Origin: an uncultured delta proteobacterium | Lineage (GTDB): Bacteria > Myxococcota > B64-G9 | Assembly: GCA_963754925.1 (NCBI GenBank) | Contig: CAVWHX010000003.1 | Coordinates: 256,001-320,000 of the forward strand | DNA: 64,000 nt | Reading direction: 5' to 3' | Program-made: the position numbers and the translations under genes | Notes under the pieces: generated by a model | What the model saw: the letters and a program-made list of their open reading frames with translations, nothing else | Databases searched by the model: none | Told to the model about the DNA's origin: nothing | Shown here: in pieces, positions 40,234 through 48,967 of the stretch | How positions within the stretch are numbered: position 1 is the stretch's first letter | Layout of the letters: each line of letters begins with the position of its first letter

Positions 40234-41061
40234 TCAGGCCCTCTCCGGCAAGGTGCTGATCTGTTCGAAATTGTATACCGGGCCGTCCACGCACAAGTAG
40301 TGATGGCCGACGCAGCAATGCCCACACTTGCCGACCCCGCACTTCATATAGCGTTCCAGCGTGGTGACGATGTTTTTGTCCCGCAGGCCCAACTTCTGCA
40401 GCTCAGCCACCACAAATTTCAGCATGATCGGCGGCCCGCAGGTAAAGGCCATGGTTGAGGCGGGGGTTATCCGCAACGATTTAACCAGCTCGGTGACCAG
40501 ACCCACCCGGCCCTTCCACGCGCCGTCCCCCCGGTCGACCGTCGTTGCCAAGTGCAACTGGTCCGATGTCGCCCATTCAGCCAGTTCCTTTTTGTAGACC
40601 AGGTCGGCTGGGGTGCGGGCTCCGTATAGGACATGAACCGTCCCGTAATCCCTGCGGTGGTCAAGGACGTAGTTGATAAACGACCGCAGCGGGGGCAGGC
40701 CGATGCCGCCCCCGACGAAGATCAGGTCCTTGCCCTTGGCTTCCTCATACGGAAAGCTGTTTCCAAAAGGCCCGCGCAATCCGACGACATCACCCACCTC
40801 GTAATCGTGGAGCCGGTCGGTCAGCGAGCCGGTTTTACGAACCGTCACTTCGATGAAGCGCGCGCGCGTGGCGCTCTGGCACAGGCAGAAGGGCGCCTCG
40901 CCGGCCCCGAACACCGACAGCTCCACGAACTGACCCGGCTTGTAGCTTTCTCGCCACCCGATCTCATCCGCCGATAAAAAGTACGTCCGGGTATCGGGGG
41001 TCTCATCGTCGATGCGTTTGATGACCGACAGATCCGGCCAATAGATGGTCTTAGATGGCAT
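40234..41061 (-). CDS. FAD/NAD(P)-binding [2Fe-2S] protein, AsrB / sulfhydrogenase-gamma family
   Basis: PGQFV, RGPFG, GGGIGLPP, CGPPIM, CGVGKCGHC...CVDGP. Confidence 0.93.
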   Translation of the reverse strand: MPSKTIYWPDLSVIKRIDDETPDTRTYFLSADEIGWRESYKPGQFVELSVFGAGEAPFCLCQSATRARFIEVTVRKTGSLTDRLHDYEVGDVVGLRGPFGNSFPYEEAKGKDLIFVGGGIGLPPLRSFINYVLDHRRDYGTVHVLYGARTPADLVYKKELAEWATSDQLHLATTVDRGDGAWKGRVGLVTELVKSLRITPASTMAFTCGPPIMLKFVVAELQKLGLRDKNIVTTLERYMKCGVGKCGHCCVGHHYLCVDGPVYNFEQISTLPERA

Positions 41062-42085
41062 CCTTGATCCTCCCCAGAACGCTTCCGATGTCGAGCCCTC
41101 CCATGCACGTGGTCACGCAGCGGCCGCAGCCCACGCACCCGTGGCGGCCCATCTTTTCAATGCACTGGTAGCTCATCTTGTGGAAGAAGCGCCGCTTCAG
41201 TCGCTCGCCGCCCGTGGCCCGCGGGTTGTGGTTGGAGGCCTCGCGCGTGAAGCCGGCGTAGAGACAGCAATCCCACGTTCGCTCGCGCACGAAGGCGTCC
41301 GGGCCGGTTTCCCGATCCGTAATGGTAAAGCAGGAGCAGGTGGGACAGACGAAGTCGCAGCCGCCGCAGGACTGGCAGTCCTCCGCCCACTGATCCCATT
41401 TGTCGGAGGGGATCTTGTTAAGCGAGAGCGCCTTGATGCCGGCGGACATATATGAACGCCGGGTAAACAACGAGTCAACCCGTTCAACCAACGCTCGTTT
41501 CAGTTGCTTTTCTCGATCCGTGGCCGGAGAGAAAAGTTTGCCGCCTTTCTTGATCGCCGCTTCTCCTTTGGGCGTCCCCACCTCGACCAGGAATCTGTCG
41601 TTAAGGTCTGTGAACTGCAGGTCGAAGTGCTGGGTCAAAAAGGGTCCCCCTTCGCAACATACGCAGAAGCAGTACTCCCCCGGCTTCTGGCACGCGAGGG
41701 TCATGCGTAGGCCGCTTCGGATTTTTCCGGTGATGCTGTCGTCATCGAAGCCCCGCTCCGCAAAGAAACTCTCGAGAGATTTCAACGCCGTGGCGTCGCA
41801 GGAGCGCATGCCGAAGATGGCGACCGGCCTTGATTCGATCGCAGGGGTGAGCTTAGGAGGCCGCCTCCCTTCGATGCTGAACAGGATCTCCCGCCGCTCG
41901 AAGAAGAAGGACTTGGGAGGCAGCAGTGTGTTAACGTAGTCGAGCTCCGGGATCTGGCCGGGCGAGAGCGTATCGAAGACGACTTCGTCCGGTCCAATCT
42001 TCTTCGGGGCCACCACCTCGAACTCGTCTTCCAGGCGACTCAGGAAGGCCGCCAGATCCGTTTTCTGAATGACGCATGGGTTCAT
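41051..42085 (-). CDS. Fe-S protein, AsrA / sulfhydrogenase-beta family
   Basis: RSCD, CFC, CQSCGGCDFVCPTCSCF, RTWDCC, CVGCGRCVTTC; start ATG 42085. Confidence 0.92.
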   Translation of the reverse strand: MNPCVIQKTDLAAFLSRLEDEFEVVAPKKIGPDEVVFDTLSPGQIPELDYVNTLLPPKSFFFERREILFSIEGRRPPKLTPAIESRPVAIFGMRSCDATALKSLESFFAERGFDDDSITGKIRSGLRMTLACQKPGEYCFCVCCEGGPFLTQHFDLQFTDLNDRFLVEVGTPKGEAAIKKGGKLFSPATDREKQLKRALVERVDSLFTRRSYMSAGIKALSLNKIPSDKWDQWAEDCQSCGGCDFVCPTCSCFTITDRETGPDAFVRERTWDCCLYAGFTREASNHNPRATGGERLKRRFFHKMSYQCIEKMGRHGCVGCGRCVTTCMGGLDIGSVLGRIKDAI

Positions 42086-42099
42086 GCTTAGGCTCCTGA

Positions 42100-43971
42100 T
42101 TAAATCTTTTCCAGACGCGCGGGAACCGGCTGGATGCCAACCGTTTGACAATCAGCCTCAGGGAAAAAGCCGCGCAACGCCCAGGCGGCGCTGCCTGGTA
42201 AGGGAATCGCCAGCATAACGCCCGCAGGCAGGCGCTTATCCTCGTGCACCGTCATCGTGGCCTTTGCCTGTTCGGTGATCACGTTCACCGGTGCGCCTGC
42301 GCGCAGCCCGAACGTGGCCAGGTCCGCGGGTGACAGATGCAGGTTGGACTGGTTAACTTCCCGTCGCAGGATTTCTTCGCGTCGGCTGAGGCCGCCCGTG
42401 GACCAGATGGCCGGATGGGATCCGACACACCATTGTAAGGGAAACTCCTTCGACGCTTCTCCCCGCGCACTGAGCTTCGGCGGGGAGAAAACCAGCGTGG
42501 TGCTCTCCTCGAGGCCCGCGTCAACCGCGTCCGTTTTGGCATACAAGCGTTCCAAGGCTTTGGCCTGATAGACCGGAGTTTCTTCTCGCATTGCTGCAAA
42601 CCATTCTGCGATGGAGCCGGGCCAAGCCTCGACTCCCCGTTGCTGGCCGATCCGGGCGATCCATTCCCGCTCGGCGGCGGATTCGCCGAGCGGCGCGATG
42701 GCCGCTTTCCAGCGCTGCACCACCCCGAACATGCTGGTCGCCGTCCCGTCGCGTTCGGCGAACGTGACGGACGGCAGGACAACGTGGGCGACGGTTTCCA
42801 TCTCGGAATGGAAACTGTCGATCATCACCACCAGGCCGGCCTTCCTGAGCCGTTCCGCAAGCCGCGCCGGTTTGGTCGTCCGCCGCATCAAGTCCTCGCC
42901 GACGATGAAGACGGCGTCGAACTCTTTCGTGCCGGCCGGGTCGAGGAGGTCGATCAATGCGTTGGTATCATCTTGTTCCGGCCCAAGGATGTCCCACGTT
43001 CCCCAGCTGTTTGAGCTGCCAGCTATGAGCACGATCCGTTCCGCGGCTCCCAGCATGACCAGCGCCTGCAACAGTTGAACCGTCGCCTCCCCTGCCCGCG
43101 CCGCCGAGAGGAAACGTTCGCCGACGATAACGGCGGGATTTTTGGCGTGGAGGAAATCGGCGACCAGTTCCTTGAGCCGGGCATCGGAAAGCCAGGGATG
43201 CTCGGGAAGCGAGGGCGCTTTTCCGGGCCGCCAGAAGTCGGCAAACGTGGCGAAGCTCGGTACTGCCTTGACCGCACCTGGGATGCGGTCCGCGTTGAAG
43301 GCCGCCTGTTGCAGCAACAACGGCAAAAGCCCAAAGTGCTCCGGCGGAATCGCCACCGGTATCGGGTGCAGGCCGTTCATTGCAGCGGTGAAAACGTCGA
43401 ACTGGACGGCCTTGGCGCCCCGTTGCAGAGCCCGAACCAACCGCGATGCCACCTGGGGGCAGGCCGCCTGGTCGGCGCCGAAGATCCAAACCAAATCGGC
43501 GTCGGCAATGCTATTGAGGCTGCCGGGCAGATACCCTCGGCCGAAGACCTTCCGAATCGCGTTGCGCGCGGCCGGAAAGCCGGCCAGGTCGGTGCTGCAT
43601 ACTCCGGCCTTAAGTCCCCGGGCCAGTTTCTTGATCGCGTAAGCGTCTTCGTTGGCGCACGTTGTTCCGATGCAGAAGAGGACCGAAGAACCGCCCTTGG
43701 CGCACAGGCCGTCCATCTTCTGGGCGATGACGTTCAGCGCCTTCTTTACCGATACCGGGACGAGCTGGCCCTTCTCACGCACGAGCGGTTTCGTGAGCCG
43801 ATCGTTATGCATGGGTGCCCCGACGGCATTCCAGCCCCGCATGCAGAGACTGCCCTGGGATGAAGGATGATGAACACCCGGATGGGTGCCGATGAGCCGT
43901 CCACCCCTGGTTTGAAGCAGTATTCCACAACCACAGGAACAATACGGGCACACTGAAGGTGTGAAACCCAT
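42100..43971 (-). CDS. FdhF-like molybdopterin-oxidoreductase-fold protein with degenerate active site
   Basis: CPYCSCGC...LCMRG...RLTKPL Fe-S domain; AERDGT; C-terminal dinucleotide-binding domain. Confidence 0.85.
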   Translation of the reverse strand: MGFTPSVCPYCSCGCGILLQTRGGRLIGTHPGVHHPSSQGSLCMRGWNAVGAPMHNDRLTKPLVREKGQLVPVSVKKALNVIAQKMDGLCAKGGSSVLFCIGTTCANEDAYAIKKLARGLKAGVCSTDLAGFPAARNAIRKVFGRGYLPGSLNSIADADLVWIFGADQAACPQVASRLVRALQRGAKAVQFDVFTAAMNGLHPIPVAIPPEHFGLLPLLLQQAAFNADRIPGAVKAVPSFATFADFWRPGKAPSLPEHPWLSDARLKELVADFLHAKNPAVIVGERFLSAARAGEATVQLLQALVMLGAAERIVLIAGSSNSWGTWDILGPEQDDTNALIDLLDPAGTKEFDAVFIVGEDLMRRTTKPARLAERLRKAGLVVMIDSFHSEMETVAHVVLPSVTFAERDGTATSMFGVVQRWKAAIAPLGESAAEREWIARIGQQRGVEAWPGSIAEWFAAMREETPVYQAKALERLYAKTDAVDAGLEESTTLVFSPPKLSARGEASKEFPLQWCVGSHPAIWSTGGLSRREEILRREVNQSNLHLSPADLATFGLRAGAPVNVITEQAKATMTVHEDKRLPAGVMLAIPLPGSAAWALRGFFPEADCQTVGIQPVPARLEKI

Positions 43972-44196
43972 AAGGCACCTCCATTCCCAGGGATCATTTG
44001 CCGTAACTGATGTAAAAACTTCGATGTCAATTCTGAACGGGCGACATGATAGGGTGGATCAAAGACATTGTAAAGAGGATCTTTTCACGCGGGTGCTCGT
44101 TGGGGTATGCTGGGACATCGATTGGGCACCGTTGATCAGCGAACATCCTGGGACAGCGTGCAGGAAAGCAAACCCGAAGGTGGGAGGGAGGGCATC

Positions 44197-45576
44197 ATGA
44201 AACCATGGGATCACAAAGATCAAAAGAGTCGCCTGCATCCGATCAAAAGGCAGGTGCTGGCCAGCTCGCTGTGGCTGATCAAGGCCCGCTGGGTGGTCGT
44301 GGGGGTGACGATGGCAATCGGCATTTTCGCCCCCTTCGTCGGCTACCACATCTCGCTGCCAGCCATCCTCTCACTCGCCTTCTACCTGCTCATCGTCAAC
44401 TGCATCTTCACGCTGGTGGGATCGCGCCTCAACACCCCGGAGGTGACCGGCCGCGCCCTGTCCATTTTCAACAACACGCAGATCATCGCCGACTGGCTCG
44501 CAATCATCGTGTTGGTCTACTTCACCGGCGGCCTTACCAGCCCATTCATATTCTTCTTCTTCTTCCACCTGGTCATGGCTGCAATGCTCACGCCGGCGGC
44601 CAACTTTTACTTCAACGCCGCGGTGGCGGTGGTTTTACTGAATACCCTTTTTCTGGCCGAGTACGCCGGGCTGCTCCCCCATCAGGCGCTCTTCGACGGT
44701 TCGATTCCCGCGCACATTTGGCAACCGCCCTACATGATCGCCTTTCTGGGATCCTTGACGATCTCGATATTCTTAACCGTATACTCCTCATCCTGGGTAA
44801 GCGGGCTGTGGCGGCAGCGGGTTAGCGAGCTGTTCGACATCAAATCCCGGTTGGAGGACTCCCAAAAGGAACGCAGCAGGTTCTATCGGTTGGTGACCCA
44901 TGAACTGCGGGCCCCGCTGGCGGCCGCGCGCACCATGCTGGTCGTGATCGCCGACGGGTACGTAACGCAGCCGGACCGGCAGAAAGCGCTGGTCGAGAAG
45001 GTGGGCCGCCGGGTCGACACGATGATCGAGGTGCTGAACGATCTCTTGCTGCTGGCTCAGTCCCGAGACACGACGGCGAAAGCGGATCTTGAAGAGGTGG
45101 ACCTGGGAACATTGGTTAACAACAATGTTGAGTTCTTCAGAGCGCAGGCCAACGCGAAAGAGATCGCCCTGTCGTCGATGATCGGGAAAAACATCCCCTT
45201 CCTGCTCGCCACCCGGGCCGGACTCGATTGCATCTGCAGCAACCTGATCTCCAACGCCATCAAATATACCGTGAAGGGAGGAACGGTGGCAATTGACCTG
45301 AATTCGAACGACGGCCAGTCGGTCCAGCTCGTGGTGAGCGATAGCGGGATCGGCATCCCCGGGGACGCCCGGGCAAAGCTTTTCACGGAGTTCTACCGCG
45401 CGCCGAACGCCAAGAAGCTCGGCGAGACGGGAACAGGTCTCGGCCTGACCATCACGAAGAAACTGGTGGAGGAGTTTGGCGGCCAGATCGCATTCGAGAG
45501 CGCCGAGGGCAAGGGAACGACCTTCACGATTACCCTTCCCGTCCGAAAAGCACCGGACAATCCGCCAGCCGAGTGA
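44197..45576 (+). CDS. Membrane sensor histidine kinase
   Basis: About six transmembrane helices, THELRAPL H-box, NAIKY, DSGIG, GTGLGL. Confidence 0.95.
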   Translation: MKPWDHKDQKSRLHPIKRQVLASSLWLIKARWVVVGVTMAIGIFAPFVGYHISLPAILSLAFYLLIVNCIFTLVGSRLNTPEVTGRALSIFNNTQIIADWLAIIVLVYFTGGLTSPFIFFFFFHLVMAAMLTPAANFYFNAAVAVVLLNTLFLAEYAGLLPHQALFDGSIPAHIWQPPYMIAFLGSLTISIFLTVYSSSWVSGLWRQRVSELFDIKSRLEDSQKERSRFYRLVTHELRAPLAAARTMLVVIADGYVTQPDRQKALVEKVGRRVDTMIEVLNDLLLLAQSRDTTAKADLEEVDLGTLVNNNVEFFRAQANAKEIALSSMIGKNIPFLLATRAGLDCICSNLISNAIKYTVKGGTVAIDLNSNDGQSVQLVVSDSGIGIPGDARAKLFTEFYRAPNAKKLGETGTGLGLTITKKLVEEFGGQIAFESAEGKGTTFTITLPVRKAPDNPPAE

Positions 45577-45597
45577 CCTATCGGTCATCCCCGGCGC

Positions 45598-45768
45598 ACC
45601 CCTAAAGGGATAAGAGCCTGTAAACCTCACTCCCCTAAAGGGACAAAAGATTGTCCAAGGGATAAGAGCTTGTAATCCTCACTTCGTTCGTCAACAATCT
45701 CTTATACGCCTCGCTCAGCTTTGCTTCGCTCGCTACAATCTCTAGTCGTTCGGTAACAGGCTCTAAAC
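45598..45768. repeat. Nested palindromic repeat related to 804-861
   Basis: GGGATAAGAGCYTGTAA-CCTCACT occurs twice; closes with TAACAGGCTCT. Confidence 0.55.
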
Positions 45769-46179
45769 CTATGGGCGCGGTTGGGCCGGCTTGGCGAGCA
45801 AGGTCGACACGCGTTCCAGAAGCACGTCCAGATCGACGGGCTTTTCCAGGAAATCGGTCACCGGCAGCCAATCTTCATCAATGTCCGCGGAGCCGAAGCC
45901 GACCGGAGACTTGGCGTTGATCGCCGTGAGCATCAGGATCGGAATGTTTTTGAATTGTTCGTATTTACGTCGCATCGCGCGGGCGAGGTCAAATCCGGCA
46001 GTGCCATTTTCCGGAAACATTACGTCGAGGACTACGAGGTCCGGGCGACGCTCGTGCATCTTGTCGACGCCGCCCTGGATATCGAGTGCGATGGTAACCT
46101 CGTGGCCGGCATCGCGGAGCAATTTGGCCACGGCTGTTGCGAAATCTTCATCGTCGTCAATGATCATGAGGTAGGACAT
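45769..46179 (-). CDS. Single-domain response regulator (receiver only)
   Basis: IIDDD, LDVM, MLTA, LEKP. Confidence 0.95.
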   Translation of the reverse strand: MSYLMIIDDDEDFATAVAKLLRDAGHEVTIALDIQGGVDKMHERRPDLVVLDVMFPENGTAGFDLARAMRRKYEQFKNIPILMLTAINAKSPVGFGSADIDEDWLPVTDFLEKPVDLDVLLERVSTLLAKPAQPRP

Positions 46180-46184
46180 GGGCG

Positions 46185-47723
46185 CTACTCCTTTCCATAG
46201 GTGTTTGTGTCAGAAGGTAAACCGGCATTCGGGAAGCGAAGGGTGAACCGCGTTCCGCAATTGGGCGCGCTTTCGACGGTGAGCCTGATTTGGTGCGCCT
46301 CGGCAATACGCCGCACGATCGCCAGACCGAGGCCAGAGGAGTCCCGGTTGTGGCGCACCGCCTCGTCCGTGCGGTAGTAGTCGTCAAAAATTTTCGGGAG
46401 CTTCTCTGGCTGAATGCCGATGCCATAGTCTTCGACCTCGATGATGGCACCCCCCTCATCGGCGGCGTGGCATTTCACTCGGACCGTTTCCCCCTCGTGA
46501 GAATACGTCACCGCGTTCGAGAAGATGTTCGAAAGGAGCATCTTCATATGATCTTCGACGGCGACCACACGCACGGGCTCAAGCCGTACATCGAGCCTAA
46601 TTTCACGTTCGCCCGCAGTCGTCAGCACACGAGCGATACACCAGCGAGCAATGTTTGAAATATCGAGCGTCACCGGTTGCGGCTGCACATCAGGGGACTG
46701 GAGGTTGGCGATCTGGAGCATCTCCTGGATTTCGTGAGCGAGCCGGTGGCAGCGGGCCACGATTCGTTCGACAACGTGCTCGGCCTCCTCGGGCAGTTTG
46801 CCGAAGTTGCCTCTGAGCAGCAGCTCGGCGTTGGCGGCAACGGCGGCAAACGGCGCCTTAAGCTCGTGTGTGGTCCTAAGCATGTGCTTCGTTTTCTCCA
46901 ATTGTTCGGTCGTAAGACGCTCGTTTTTCAGAGCAAGATCGCGCTCGCGCTCGCGGAGTAAGCCTGAAAGATGCGACGCAAGGTACCAAACGATGATCCA
47001 AATAGCCATGACGGACAGTACGATGGGGACGGGAAAGCCGGGGCCGCCAGTCAGATGCTCCCGAAACCCGCGGTCCATATAGATGCTAGACGGAATAACC
47101 AGCCCAAGGCTCTCCAGACCAACGCAGGCAGCGTAGAGGCCGCATGCAATGGCAGTCACCACCACACTCTTTTGGCGGGAGAAGAAGATGCACGCGAGCA
47201 CAATGTGTACGAGGAAGATAAACGGGGCCGAGGTATCGAGGCTGCCAAGGAAGTGCACCACGGCTGTCAAAAGGACCAGATCGATGATGACCTGGCTCCA
47301 CAAGTTGAGCCGGGCTCCGTGGGTTGTGGGTCGCCGCCTGAGCACGCGCGCGTGAGTCAGAAATGCAATGTTGACGACCAGCAATATCCCCGCAATCACG
47401 AACGGCCAGCTGCGCCCAGCCTGAATGCCGACGCGCGCGAAGACCGTACGCGCAGCCACCCCCAGTGCCCCGAACAGGAAAAGCACTGAAGTGGCAACCC
47501 AACGAAGGCGGACAAACCAGAGGACATAGTCTCCGAGCAGCGGCTCTGGTACAGACGTGGAGGCGCCGCCAGCACGGTGAGCCGGATCCACGTGCCCGGT
47601 TGCGGGAAGGGGCAGCTCGTATGTGCGGCGTACCGTGGTCGTCGGCAACGGATCTTTGGATAACGCTTGAACCAGGGCTGCCCCCTCTGGCCGGAGCCAC
47701 CTGCTCACTCTCCATCTGTGCAC
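46185..47723 (-). CDS. Membrane sensor histidine kinase (start uncertain)
   Basis: About six transmembrane helices, THELKAPF, NAVTY, DYGIG, SSGLGL. Confidence 0.92.
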   Translation of the reverse strand: MHRWRVSRWLRPEGAALVQALSKDPLPTTTVRRTYELPLPATGHVDPAHRAGGASTSVPEPLLGDYVLWFVRLRWVATSVLFLFGALGVAARTVFARVGIQAGRSWPFVIAGILLVVNIAFLTHARVLRRRPTTHGARLNLWSQVIIDLVLLTAVVHFLGSLDTSAPFIFLVHIVLACIFFSRQKSVVVTAIACGLYAACVGLESLGLVIPSSIYMDRGFREHLTGGPGFPVPIVLSVMAIWIIVWYLASHLSGLLRERERDLALKNERLTTEQLEKTKHMLRTTHELKAPFAAVAANAELLLRGNFGKLPEEAEHVVERIVARCHRLAHEIQEMLQIANLQSPDVQPQPVTLDISNIARWCIARVLTTAGEREIRLDVRLEPVRVVAVEDHMKMLLSNIFSNAVTYSHEGETVRVKCHAADEGGAIIEVEDYGIGIQPEKLPKIFDDYYRTDEAVRHNRDSSGLGLAIVRRIAEAHQIRLTVESAPNCGTRFTLRFPNAGLPSDTNTYGKE

Positions 47724-47857
47724 GGCAGGTGAAAGAGGTCCGCGGTGAGAACCGCCTATCTACAAGCGTAATGTTCCCGGGTGCCGGGTCGAGTTGATTC
47801 TTTGGTACGCTACCCTTTCTTAAAAGCACATGCAACAAATATCACCCCAACCCCAAC

Positions 47858-48802
47858 TTACAAGTGACGAGGATTGGACACAGACCCGTAGTTCACGCCT
47901 GCGATTGGCTCCTCCAGAATAGCCTGTTGCAGGGCGGATAGAATGTCTTCGCACTGAAAGAGAACCTTTCGTTTCTGACCCAGGGACATGGCCAGGGATC
48001 GAACGTTCGTGTTCTCGCGAGAGAGCGCGAGAATACGCCCCCTGATCTCGCTGAACCGGGTGTAATCCGACGCCGCTGTTTCAAGATCGGGATCTCCGCG
48101 AAGTTTCGGGAGCGCGGCCAGTCCGTCCAGATCCTTGCGGACCTCTTGATCATCCCTGTTCATCTGTGCCTCCAGCTCGTCCATTTTCTTGTCGCTTTCT
48201 TCCGCAATATGTGGCGCGAGCAGCGTCTGTATGCGCAACGCCGCGGTCTGGGCGCCGAAAGCAAGCAGCGCTACGCTTCTGGCTCCCGGAAATCCGGCGC
48301 TCTTCGCCACGATCCGGGAGAGGGCGGTGTCCATTTCCTTGAGCGCGTCCGCGGCCGGGCCAAAGGCCAAAGCGTACGCTTTGAGGTTAGTGTTCTTGAC
48401 CGCCAAACCCAACAGGTCGTTGTCGATGCGTTGGAATTCGATAAAGACCTTTGAGAATTGGTCAAGAAGGTCCTTTTCGCCTTGGGTGCCGCCCGCCGCC
48501 AGGAGTTCCCCCAGTTCCTTGCGCCCCTGCTCCACCACCGCCGTGTCTGCGCGGGCCTGGTCTGCAAAAGTCTGCGAGTCTTGATCGGTGACGGCTAAGA
48601 CGGCGCTCTTTTCAGCCTCCGAGGCCGAGGCTAGGGTCAAGCGCATTCGGGCCACCAGGTCCGCGCGCTTCGCTTTGAAAGCGACTTGCTCGGCGGGGCT
48701 CTGCCCTGGTTGGAAATGCAGCACGACGAGCATGACCACGAGCAATAGTACCGCCCCGGCGGCCATCCATAGAAATCCCTGAATGATTGGTGCCCGGCTC
48801 AT
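47858..48802 (-). CDS. Membrane-anchored helical protein with MCP four-helix-bundle-like repeats
   Basis: One N-terminal transmembrane helix; two repeats ending (K/E)NTN; no signalling domain; divergent from kdpA. Confidence 0.65.
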   Translation of the reverse strand: MSRAPIIQGFLWMAAGAVLLLVVMLVVLHFQPGQSPAEQVAFKAKRADLVARMRLTLASASEAEKSAVLAVTDQDSQTFADQARADTAVVEQGRKELGELLAAGGTQGEKDLLDQFSKVFIEFQRIDNDLLGLAVKNTNLKAYALAFGPAADALKEMDTALSRIVAKSAGFPGARSVALLAFGAQTAALRIQTLLAPHIAEESDKKMDELEAQMNRDDQEVRKDLDGLAALPKLRGDPDLETAASDYTRFSEIRGRILALSRENTNVRSLAMSLGQKRKVLFQCEDILSALQQAILEEPIAGVNYGSVSNPRHL

Positions 48803-48823
48803 GATATCTCCTTCGTATCTCAA

Positions 48824-48840
48824 TTTTTATACTTTTTTTA
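48824..48840 (+). promoter_or_regulatory. KdpE-type binding box 1
   Basis: TTTTTATACTTTTTTTA matches the E. coli kdpFABC KdpE site as recalled. Confidence 0.8.
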
Positions 48841-48967
48841 TGCGTTAAGCTCTGATCCTAACATCATTCTAATTTACGAATCATTATCTTACTCGTCGCT
48901 AACAGGATGTGGCTCGTTGTTATGATAGCAGACTAGTCATTTATTGAAATAGTTAAAGGAGAAAAAA

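Noticed and set aside
40234..42085. Anaerobic sulfite reductase (asrABC) or soluble group 3b hydrogenase
   Set aside because: No siroheme AsrC subunit and no group 3b alpha/delta subunits; the adjacent large subunit is group 4 type
42100..43971. Selenocysteine-containing formate dehydrogenase
   Set aside because: No in-frame TGA and catalytic motifs are missing
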